Shown here: positions 37,990-45,442 of the stretch, piece by piece
Layout of the letters: each line of letters opens with the position of its first letter
How positions within the stretch are numbered: position 1 is the first letter of the stretch
DNA from: Eubacteriales bacterium
Lineage (GTDB): Bacteria > Bacillota > Clostridia > Oscillospirales > CAG-272
Direction: 5' to 3'
DNA: 64,000 nucleotides
NCBI GenBank assembly: GCA_045121195.1
Contig: JBGVFO010000044.1
Span: 3,899-67,898 of the forward strand
Made by a program: the position numbers and the translations under genes
The notes under the pieces: generated by a model
Seen by the model: only the letters and a program-made list of their open reading frames with translations
Told to the model about the DNA's origin: nothing
Databases searched by the model: none

Positions 37990-39774
37990 ATGCTGGAAAG
38001 AAGAAAGCTGCAGACCGAGCTGTGCGTGATAGGCGGCGGTCTTGCCGGAATGTGTGCGGCGATTGCCGCGGCAAGGGAGGGACTTCAGGTAGTCCTGATG
38101 CAGGAGCGCCCCGTGCTGGGTGGAAATACCTCCTCGGAGATCCGTATGTGGATCTGCGGCGCTCGTGGCTTTGGCAATCGGGAAACGGGAATTATTGAGG
38201 AGATCCTACTTGAAAATCTTCGCAGAAATCCCACCAAGAATATATACGTTTGGCAGATGGTCCTCAATGAGTTTGTCGAGCGTGAAAAAAACATCACCCT
38301 TCTTCTCAACTGCACCTGTAACGATGCCGAGGTGGAGACGGGCGAATTTGAGGACGGAAGAACGGTCCGCATCAAACGGATCAGCGGTTATCAGATGACT
38401 ACCCAGCGCTTTATCGACGTAGAAGCGAAGCTGTACGCCGATTGCTCGGGTGACAGTATTCTGGCCCCCCTTACCGGGGCAGAGTTCCGCATCGGTCGCG
38501 AAAGCGCCGAGGAATTTGGCGAGGACACGTCGGTTACCGTTGCCGATAAGATGACTATGGGTAACAGTTGCCTTCTGCAGGGCAGAGAAACCACGGGAAA
38601 GATCCCCTTCGTGACACCGCCCGACGCCGTGCAGTTTGAACCCGAGGTGATTGCCCGCCGAAAGCCCAAGATGGAGCGCAATATCGAAAACTTCTGGTAT
38701 CTGGAGCTTGGTGGCGATCGGGATATCATTGCCGATGCCGAGGAGATCGCGGCAGATCTGGTTCCTCTTGCCAAGGGAATGTGGAACTACGTGAAGAACT
38801 CGGGTGAGTACGAGACAGACAACTGGGATCTTGAATTTTTCGGATTCCTTCCCGGAAAGCGCGAATCCCGCCGTATGATGGGCGAATATATCATAACCGA
38901 GCGGGATATTGCAGGGGATACGATCTTTCCCGATACCGTCGCCTTTGGCGGATGGGGACTTGACGATCACTATCCTGCGGGCTTCTACTATGCGGGTCAC
39001 CCCAATAAAGACGTAAAAACGCCTGCGCCCTATTGTATCCCGTACCGCGCCCTGTATTCGAAAAACGTGGAGAATCTGTACTTTGCGGGACGCAATATCA
39101 GTATGACGCATATGGCGATGAGCAGTGTTCGCGTGATGGCGACCTGCGCGCTTCTCGGTGAGGCGGTGGGAACGGCGGCGTCGGTGGCGGTTCGTCACGG
39201 CGTAACTCCTCACGGCGTGTATAAGGAGCATCTGGAGGAGCTACAGGGCATTCTTATGAAAAACGATTGTTTCCTGCCGCATTTTGAACGGGAACGCGCT
39301 CCTATCTGTATGCTTACCCCCGTGGAAAACGGAGAGGATTCTCTCAAGGACGGACAGGACCGACCCAATCATATATATGGCACCGAGACCTGCGGCTGCA
39401 AGGTAAAAAACGGAACTCCCGTTGCGTATCGGTTCTGGAACGCCGTGCAGGTTCATTCGGTACATATCGTCTTTGACAGTGACCTTGAGCGAGAGACGCT
39501 CCCGGGCGACCGTTGTGAGCAGACCCATTCGATCCGCTGTAATATCCATCTGGATAGCCCGATGAACTTCTCGCTCCCCGCGACCCTCTGCCGCAGCTTC
39601 CGTCTTGACATAGTGACGGAGGAGGGAAGACGGACGGTTGCCGAGGCGAAGGAAAACGTTCGCCGTGCATACGATTTTGTTATCGATGAGAGCGTAACCG
39701 CCATCGAGCTTACCGTGATCGATAACTATGGAGATACGGATACTACGGGTCTTTTCTCCTTTGATTTCCAATAA
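37990..39774 (+). CDS. FAD-dependent oxidoreductase (FAD_oxidored family)
   Basis: 594 aa. CVIGGGLAGMCAAIAAAREG dinucleotide-binding motif, then ERPVLGGNTSSE. Confidence 0.7.
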   Translation: MLERRKLQTELCVIGGGLAGMCAAIAAAREGLQVVLMQERPVLGGNTSSEIRMWICGARGFGNRETGIIEEILLENLRRNPTKNIYVWQMVLNEFVEREKNITLLLNCTCNDAEVETGEFEDGRTVRIKRISGYQMTTQRFIDVEAKLYADCSGDSILAPLTGAEFRIGRESAEEFGEDTSVTVADKMTMGNSCLLQGRETTGKIPFVTPPDAVQFEPEVIARRKPKMERNIENFWYLELGGDRDIIADAEEIAADLVPLAKGMWNYVKNSGEYETDNWDLEFFGFLPGKRESRRMMGEYIITERDIAGDTIFPDTVAFGGWGLDDHYPAGFYYAGHPNKDVKTPAPYCIPYRALYSKNVENLYFAGRNISMTHMAMSSVRVMATCALLGEAVGTAASVAVRHGVTPHGVYKEHLEELQGILMKNDCFLPHFERERAPICMLTPVENGEDSLKDGQDRPNHIYGTETCGCKVKNGTPVAYRFWNAVQVHSVHIVFDSDLERETLPGDRCEQTHSIRCNIHLDSPMNFSLPATLCRSFRLDIVTEEGRRTVAEAKENVRRAYDFVIDESVTAIELTVIDNYGDTDTTGLFSFDFQ

Positions 39775-39844
39775 AAAACACAAAAGGGCGGTCTTTTTTG
39801 AGGCTGCCCTTTTTTCAGAACCTGTTTATTTTGATAAAAATCTC

Positions 39845-39873
39845 TTGACAAAATATGGAGGGAAGCGTATAAT
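39845..39873 (+). promoter_or_regulatory. sigma-A-type promoter of the riboswitch-ATPase unit
   Basis: TTGACA (39845-50), 17-nt spacer, TATAAT (39868-73). Confidence 0.6.
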
Positions 39874-39891
39874 AGGAGCATACTCATAGAC

Positions 39892-39984
39892 CGTGGGGGA
39901 GTAGTTCGCGCGCAAGCGAGGTATGTCAACAGCTCTGCTCGAGTAAAGGCTCGAACTGGCGTACCGTAAGGAACGAGACCCATG
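39892..39984 (+). promoter_or_regulatory. yybP-ykoY-like (Mn2+) riboswitch aptamer
   Basis: Closing helix CGUGGG (39892-97) / CCCAUG (39979-84). Conserved GGGGAGUAG (39896-39904) and the 3' GAGACC box (39975-80). Internal helices UUCGC/GCGAG and GGUAUG/CGUACC. Located in the 5' leader of a P-type ATPase, a known genomic context for this class. Confidence 0.6.
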
Positions 39985-40018
39985 TACAGATTCTGTACAG
40001 TCCCTTGCGGTTGCAGGA

Positions 40019-40050
40019 CCAAGTACAGGAAGTACTTGGTATTTTTTTTT
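40019..40050 (+). terminator. intrinsic terminator of the riboswitch expression platform
   Basis: CCAAGTAC-aggaa-GTACTTGG followed by a run of 9 T. Lies 18 nt upstream of the ATPase start. Confidence 0.7.
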
Positions 40051-40068
40051 GCAGAAAGGAAGAAAACT

Positions 40069-42708
40069 ATGAACTTCTATTCGGACGCTAAGGAAGCCGT
40101 TCTCAAGGAACTTTCCGCCACAGAAGAAGGTCTTTCTTCGGCGGAAGCGGCGGCTCGGCTTGAAAAGTACGGAAAGAACAAGCTGAAAGAGGGGAAGAAG
40201 GACGGCATCGTCAAGATGTTCTTAAAGCAGCTTGCCGATCCCATGATTATCGTGCTTCTGGTTGCGGCGGTTTTGTCAGCGGTCACGGCAATCTACAGCG
40301 GTGAATCCTTGGCGGATGTCTTTATTATTCTTTTTGTCGTGATCCTGAACGCCGTTCTCGGTGTCATTCAAGAGAGCAAGGCGGAAGAAGCGATCGAAGC
40401 GTTGAAAACCATGACGGCATCTACCTCAAAGGTGATCCGTGACGGAAAGCTTTGTATTATCAAGAGCGAGGATCTCGTAGTCGGTGATATCATTCATCTG
40501 GAGGCGGGTGACGCAGTTCCCGCGGATGCGCGAATTCTGGAATGCGCCTCTATGAAGATCGAGGAGGCGGCACTGACGGGCGAGTCGGTTCCCGTCCTCA
40601 AGACCGACGAAGCACTGGAAAGCGCCGAGGTACCCCTCGGTGACCGAAAGAATATGGTCTATATGGGTAGCACCGTGGTTTACGGACGCGGTACTGCCGT
40701 CGTTACCGGCACGGGTATGAGCACGGAGATGGGGAAGATCGCAGATGCGTTGACCCAAGCGAAGGAGGAGGCGACTCCCCTTCAGGTCAAGCTGGCAGGT
40801 CTTAGCCGTACGCTTACCAAGCTGGTCCTTATCATCTGTGTTCTGATCTTCGCGGTCAACCTGATCCGTGCAGGCAGCTTTGGCATAGATGTGGCGTTGG
40901 ATTCCTTTATGCTTGCCGTCAGCCTTGCGGTTGCGGCAATTCCCGAGGGACTTGCTACCGTGGTCACCATCGTGCTTTCCATCGGGGTTACCAAGATGTC
41001 CAAGAGAAATGCGGTGATCCGCAAGCTTACCGCGGTGGAAACGCTGGGATGCGCGCAGGTTATCTGCTCGGATAAGACGGGAACGCTGACGCAGAACAAA
41101 ATGACGGTTGTAGACGAATACGGCGCGGCACAGGAAAAGCTGGCGCACGCCATGGCGCTTTGCTCGGATGCTGAATTCGACGAGCAGGCTGGAACCGCCG
41201 TGGGTGAGCCCACCGAGTGTGCGCTCGTCAACTACGCACATAAGCTGTCCTATAACCGCAATCAACTCAAGGTCGAATATCCCCGCGTCAGCGAGGCACC
41301 CTTCGATTCTATGAGAAAGATGATGTCCACGGTGCATCGGGATATTCACGGTTTCGTGCAGTATACCAAGGGCGCTCCCGATGAGGTCCTGAAGCGATGC
41401 ACGCATATCCTTACGGAAAACGGTGTAGAGGAGATGCGCGAAGAGCACGTTGCCGCGATCCGCGAAAAGAACAAATCCATGGCAGATAACGCGCTTCGCG
41501 TTTTGTCCGCCGCGTACCGCACGTATGAAGCGATTCCCGAGGATTGCTCCGCAGAGGTGCTTGAACGGGATATGATCTTCTTGGGGCTCTACGGTATGAT
41601 CGACCCTGTCAGACCCGAGGTAAAGGCGGCGGTCGATCAGTGCCGAACGGCGGGCATTAAGGCAGTTATGATCACGGGCGACCATATTGATACTGCCGTT
41701 GCCATCGCAAAAGAGCTTGGTATCATTAACGATGCCTCCGAAGCAATCATGGGACAGGCGCTTGACGCGCTTTCCGATGAGGAGCTGGAGGAGCAGATCG
41801 ACCAATATTCGGTTTACGCCCGCGTTCAGCCCGAGCACAAGGTCAGGATCGTTGCCGCTTGGAAGAAGCGCGGAAAGATCACCGCAATGACGGGTGACGG
41901 CGTCAATGACGCTCCCAGCATTAAGACCGCCGATATTGGCGTTGGTATGGGTATCACGGGTACCGACGTTACCAAGAACGTGGCAGATATGATTCTTGCC
42001 GATGATAATTTTGCTACTATCGTTTCCGCGGTAGGAGAGGGAAGAAAGATCTATGCGAATATCCGCAAGGCGATCCAGTTCCTTCTGTCCTCCAACCTGA
42101 GTGAGGTTCTCGGTGTGTTTGCCGCTACTATGATGGGCTTTACCCTGTTTAAGCCGGTTCATATTCTTTGGATCAATCTGATTACCGACAGTCTTCCTGC
42201 CCTTGCACTCGGCGTGGAGCACGGGGAGGCAGACGCGATGCAGAAGCCTCCCAGAGATTCCAAGGCAGGAATCTTCGCGGGCGGTGTCGGTCTTGATATT
42301 GCGTATCAGGGACTTATCGTTACGGTTCTGGTTCTCGTATCCTACTTTGTTGGACACTTTATGGAGTCGGGTCTTTGGGAGATCGCCGAGAGTCCCGACG
42401 GTATGACGATGGCGTTCCTTACCATGTCGATGGCAGAGATCTTCCAATCCTTCAATATGCGATCGCGTCGCGGATCGCTCTTTACGCTCAAAAAGCAGAA
42501 CGTAATGCTTTGGGGTGCGGCAGGGCTTGCGTTGCTCTTGACGACGGCGGTGATCTACGTTCCGTTCCTCAAGAATCTGTTCGGATTTACCGAGATCTCC
42601 CTTGCTGAGTACGGTATGGCGTTGGCGCTTGCGATTTTGATCATTCCTGCAGTTGAGCTGGTGAAGCTCTTCCAGCGTCTTGCGGCAAGGCTCCGCGCCA
42701 AGAAATAA
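40069..42708 (+). CDS. cation-translocating P-type ATPase (P2-type, Ca2+/Mn2+-like)
   Basis: 879 aa from ATG 40069 (RBS GAAAGGAAG). TGES, CSDKTGTLT, MITGD and GDGVNDAP motifs. Confidence 0.9.
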   Translation: MNFYSDAKEAVLKELSATEEGLSSAEAAARLEKYGKNKLKEGKKDGIVKMFLKQLADPMIIVLLVAAVLSAVTAIYSGESLADVFIILFVVILNAVLGVIQESKAEEAIEALKTMTASTSKVIRDGKLCIIKSEDLVVGDIIHLEAGDAVPADARILECASMKIEEAALTGESVPVLKTDEALESAEVPLGDRKNMVYMGSTVVYGRGTAVVTGTGMSTEMGKIADALTQAKEEATPLQVKLAGLSRTLTKLVLIICVLIFAVNLIRAGSFGIDVALDSFMLAVSLAVAAIPEGLATVVTIVLSIGVTKMSKRNAVIRKLTAVETLGCAQVICSDKTGTLTQNKMTVVDEYGAAQEKLAHAMALCSDAEFDEQAGTAVGEPTECALVNYAHKLSYNRNQLKVEYPRVSEAPFDSMRKMMSTVHRDIHGFVQYTKGAPDEVLKRCTHILTENGVEEMREEHVAAIREKNKSMADNALRVLSAAYRTYEAIPEDCSAEVLERDMIFLGLYGMIDPVRPEVKAAVDQCRTAGIKAVMITGDHIDTAVAIAKELGIINDASEAIMGQALDALSDEELEEQIDQYSVYARVQPEHKVRIVAAWKKRGKITAMTGDGVNDAPSIKTADIGVGMGITGTDVTKNVADMILADDNFATIVSAVGEGRKIYANIRKAIQFLLSSNLSEVLGVFAATMMGFTLFKPVHILWINLITDSLPALALGVEHGEADAMQKPPRDSKAGIFAGGVGLDIAYQGLIVTVLVLVSYFVGHFMESGLWEIAESPDGMTMAFLTMSMAEIFQSFNMRSRRGSLFTLKKQNVMLWGAAGLALLLTTAVIYVPFLKNLFGFTEISLAEYGMALALAILIIPAVELVKLFQRLAARLRAKK

Positions 42709-42734
42709 TCGAATACAAAAAGGGGATGCACTTG

Positions 42735-42767
42735 GCGCACCTGCGATAAAGCAGGTGCGCCATTTTC
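42735..42767 (+). terminator. intrinsic terminator after the ATPase
   Basis: GGCGCACCTGC-gataaa-GCAGGTGCGCC followed by ATTTTCTT. Confidence 0.7.
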
Positions 42768-42796
42768 TTGACTTTACAGTGGATTTATGATATAAT
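42768..42796 (+). promoter_or_regulatory. near-consensus promoter of the AT-rich orphan gene
   Basis: TTGACT (42768-73), 17-nt spacer, TG-a-TATAAT (TATAAT = 42791-96). Confidence 0.6.
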
Positions 42797-42826
42797 AGAT
42801 ATTAAAATGAGGAGGTGACAAGGAAT

Positions 42827-43270
42827 ATGGAATATCGAGGATTCTTGAATCTATCCGTACTTGATGATCTTATAGCTGTGCCTATTGTCATTACACATAA
42901 AGAGTTGAATGTTGGTGCAGAAGTTGTTATAAAAATAGAATACAAAGAGAATACATATTTAGGAACAGGAAAAAGTCTCGAATGGACAGATGCCTTTGCA
43001 AATCTTCAAAAGGCTTTGCCGGACGGTGTGAATATATGTTGCTGTATGACATGCAAACATGGAACACTATGCCCATACGGAAACATTCCTGACTATATTC
43101 TTTGTTCGAAAAATGTAGTAATCAATGACAAGAACGATGTCATTGATTGGCTTGACAAGGCAGACGTAGAAGCTATTAAAAAATCTTCTTTGGGTTTATG
43201 TGAGCAATATGAGGCTTCAAATGTAAATGACTACACCTATAACGACTACTCATACTATCTAAATTATTAA
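42827..43270 (+). CDS. hypothetical Cys-rich protein (147 aa), AT-rich
   Basis: ATG 42827 follows GAGGAGGTGA. Central Cys cluster ICCCMTCKHGTLCPYG ... ILC ... LC. C-terminal Tyr/Asn-rich tail. I recognise no family. Confidence 0.55.
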   Translation: MEYRGFLNLSVLDDLIAVPIVITHKELNVGAEVVIKIEYKENTYLGTGKSLEWTDAFANLQKALPDGVNICCCMTCKHGTLCPYGNIPDYILCSKNVVINDKNDVIDWLDKADVEAIKKSSLGLCEQYEASNVNDYTYNDYSYYLNY

Positions 43271-43354
43271 AAGGTGTAAATTGAAATTAGCTTTGTGTCC
43301 ACAAAAGCAGTGCTTGTCAGGAAATTTGACAAGGCATAGATGAACATAAAGAAA

Positions 43355-43477
43355 GGCTCCCTTGTGTAAAGGGAGCTGTCACCGAAGGTGACTGAGGGAT
43401 TGTTTTACGATGAAATTTTTGCTTTTACAATCCCTCCGTCTTGCTTCGCAAGCCACCTCCCTTTACACAAGGGAGGC
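43355..43477. repeat. inverted doublet of two ~50-nt hairpin-containing units (REP/BIME-like)
   Basis: - Left unit 43355-43403: GGCTCCCTTGTGTAAAGGGAGC-TGTCACCGAAGGTGAC-T-GAGGGATTGT.
- Right unit 43427-43477, read as reverse complement: GCCTCCCTTGTGTAAAGGGAGG-TGGCTTGCGAAGCAAGAC-G-GAGGGATTGT.
- A 23-nt AT-rich spacer separates them. Confidence 0.7.
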
Positions 43478-43542
43478 TCATTACCTCCCGACAGTAAAAC
43501 TATAAGGTGTAACACACTATACCTTGAAGATCAAGGCGTGTG

Positions 43543-43580
43543 AAAAAAGACAGAGAATTTTCACATTCTCTGTCTTTTTT
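43543..43580. terminator. bidirectional intrinsic terminator
   Basis: A-run, then AGACAGAGAAT-tttcac-ATTCTCTGTCT (11 bp), then a T-run. Sits between convergent transcription units. Confidence 0.7.
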
Positions 43581-43582
43581 CC

Positions 43583-43630
43583 GTAGGGGCGAACTGCGTT
43601 CGCCCGCGGGCGTTCACAGAACGCCCCTAC
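43583..43630. repeat. 48-nt twin-hairpin repeat element, copy 1
   Basis: GTAG-GGGCGAAC-tgc-GTTCGCCC-GC-GGGCGTTC-aca-GAACGCCC-CTAC. The second copy is at 56159-56206. Confidence 0.8.
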
Positions 43631-43712
43631 GAGGATGATTATCCATCGGCAAGTAAAACCTGCTTTATGGAAGACACCCATTGTGCATTCCCTTTTTGAT
43701 TGACAAATGGAT

Positions 43713-43847
43713 TTATTTGCGGTTGTTGCTCTGATTCTGATTGTTCTGGTTATTGCTCTGGTTTTGATTGTTGTTCTGATTCTGATTGTTATTCTGGTTC
43801 TGGTTATTGTTCTGATTCTTATTCTGGTTCTGATTGTTGTTCTGCAT
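43713..43847 (-). CDS. candidate micro-ORF encoding a 44-aa Asn/Gln-repeat peptide
   Basis: MQNNNQNQNKNQNNNQNQNNNQNQNNNQNQSNNQNNQNQSNNRK. AAAGGA lies 9 nt upstream of the ATG. Same strand as, and directly downstream of, the secA-linked membrane genes. Coding status unproven because the DNA is a degenerate tandem repeat. Confidence 0.35.
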   Translation of the reverse strand: MQNNNQNQNKNQNNNQNQNNNQNQNNNQNQSNNQNNQNQSNNRK

Positions 43848-43948
43848 AGAGAGATTCCTTTCGACTCTGTACTTGGTTTTGTAATCTTGGATTACACCCA
43901 TAGTATGTCCGATTTTGAAATCTGTATACAGATAAAAGGAAAATTTCG

Positions 43949-45433
43949 TTAAGCCAGCAAATATTTGTATTCAACCTCTTGCGTAATGGCATTCAGGGTA
44001 AGAATGGCATAAATCGCGAGGGCGGTGCAGATCAGAAAATCTACGATCCACATAAAGGTCACCGCCTTGACGAGCAGGATATAGCAGACGCCGCTGACAA
44101 GGCAAAGGGCAGAAAGGATCGCAAGAACAACAAGACGTTTGCACAGCATATTGTGTACGTACCGTATTTTGTCATCCATCTGCACGTTTCCGTCTCTGAC
44201 GGGCGCAAAGCCGGTATATTGCTTGATAACGGCAGACAGAACGGGAAGGAGAGAGATCATCATCGCGAAGAAGAGAAGGGAATCGGCGATCTCTACCACC
44301 TGAAGCTGACGGAACGCCTCGTACGATTCCAACCGAATATCGGTCAAGCTCAAGGTGTGCTTGAGGAAAAACTGTGACGAGGTGATCTGTGTAAATACCG
44401 AGAACACACCGTATACGGCACAGAACACGTAGGAATATACGGGAATCTTCACCAGCTTTTTCAGAAGAAGAAGGGCAACCAATATCAGCGCGGCACAAAT
44501 CACGTCGGGCAGAATATTGACGGTGTTGCTTTCCATATAGATGTCTGCGCAGAAGACAAGTCCTACGCTCATTACGAGGAAGGCGAACTTTACGGCGCGC
44601 TGAATGAATATGTAGGTTTTCGGTTCTACCTCGGTGACGTATTTTTGGATGAGTGCCTCCATGAAGCCCCGATCCTTCATGATAGAAAAGACGTATCGAA
44701 GAACACGGATCAGCCAAACGATACCGAAGGGAAGAACCAGGAAAATGGCAAAGGTACGGAACATTCCGATAAAATCGTAGAGGAAGTTGAAGCGGCTGGC
44801 TTCGTCATAGGACGAGAGCGTCAGCGCGGAGAACTCGGGCAATACGGTTATGAGGGCACGGAATACGATAAAGAGCGTCGTAAGGTGCGCGGTTCCCACC
44901 GTAGCGTTTTTCGGCTTGGGAATCTCCCGTATCGGGCGTTCGGGCAAGCCCTTCTGTCGGCGGCGTCTGTTTTCCGCTTCAAGACGCCGTTCCTCTTTTG
45001 CGCGTCGCGCTTCGTAGCGTCGTTTTGCGCCCTCGGAGATTCTGAATACGGCGGACGCCTCCATGCGAGAGCCTAAATAGAGAAAGCCCTCAAAGAATTC
45101 ATTGTAGGCACGAAGCAAAAACAGGATCTCAACGGCGGCAAAAATGAAGGAGAGAAGAAGAAACGTGGTCGGACGTTCTTTTCCTGTTACCATTCCAAAG
45201 AGAAGGAAGATCGAGAGAAACTGAACGACGCTTGCGATCAGCATCCTCTTGAAATATTTTAAGGATTCCTCAAAATGATAATTCATATCGGCAAGCTGCG
45301 TGACGCCGATACAGATCAGCCAATAGCCAATGAAGTCGGGAAGGGGATCGATGATACTTGCCGTAGGGTTAAAGAGGAACAGAAACGCCGCCAAGACGAA
45401 TCCGAGTCCCAGATTTTTGCGAGCTTTTCCCAT
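43949..45433 (-). CDS. hypothetical polytopic membrane protein (494 aa) with internal Arg/Glu-rich helix
   Basis: About 10 hydrophobic segments. Charged insert RRYEARRAKEERRLEAENRRRRQKG. The N-terminal region resembles the upstream 245-aa protein. Confidence 0.6.
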   Translation of the reverse strand: MGKARKNLGLGFVLAAFLFLFNPTASIIDPLPDFIGYWLICIGVTQLADMNYHFEESLKYFKRMLIASVVQFLSIFLLFGMVTGKERPTTFLLLSFIFAAVEILFLLRAYNEFFEGFLYLGSRMEASAVFRISEGAKRRYEARRAKEERRLEAENRRRRQKGLPERPIREIPKPKNATVGTAHLTTLFIVFRALITVLPEFSALTLSSYDEASRFNFLYDFIGMFRTFAIFLVLPFGIVWLIRVLRYVFSIMKDRGFMEALIQKYVTEVEPKTYIFIQRAVKFAFLVMSVGLVFCADIYMESNTVNILPDVICAALILVALLLLKKLVKIPVYSYVFCAVYGVFSVFTQITSSQFFLKHTLSLTDIRLESYEAFRQLQVVEIADSLLFFAMMISLLPVLSAVIKQYTGFAPVRDGNVQMDDKIRYVHNMLCKRLVVLAILSALCLVSGVCYILLVKAVTFMWIVDFLICTALAIYAILTLNAITQEVEYKYLLA

Positions 45434-45442
45434 AGAAGGACC

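Noticed and set aside
39982-40068. N-terminal extension of the ATPase ORF (track start 39982)
   Set aside because: It would translate through the riboswitch 3' strand and the intrinsic terminator. ATG 40069 has a proper RBS and yields a normal P-type ATPase N-terminus.
40426-42447. 673-aa minus-strand ORF
   Set aside because: It is the antisense shadow of the P-type ATPase, whose DKTGT/TGES/GDGVNDAP motifs fix the coding strand.
43720-43845. Possible CRISPR-like or minisatellite array
   Set aside because: The period is only 6-15 nt, there are no unique spacers, and no cas genes are present. It is a degenerate low-complexity tandem repeat, not a CRISPR array.
43707-43952. 81-aa plus-strand ORF of almost pure Leu/Ile/Val
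   Set aside because: It has no SD, is the mirror reading of the tandem repeat, and runs into the stop region of the convergent 494-aa gene. I kept it only as an alternative in the repeat finding.
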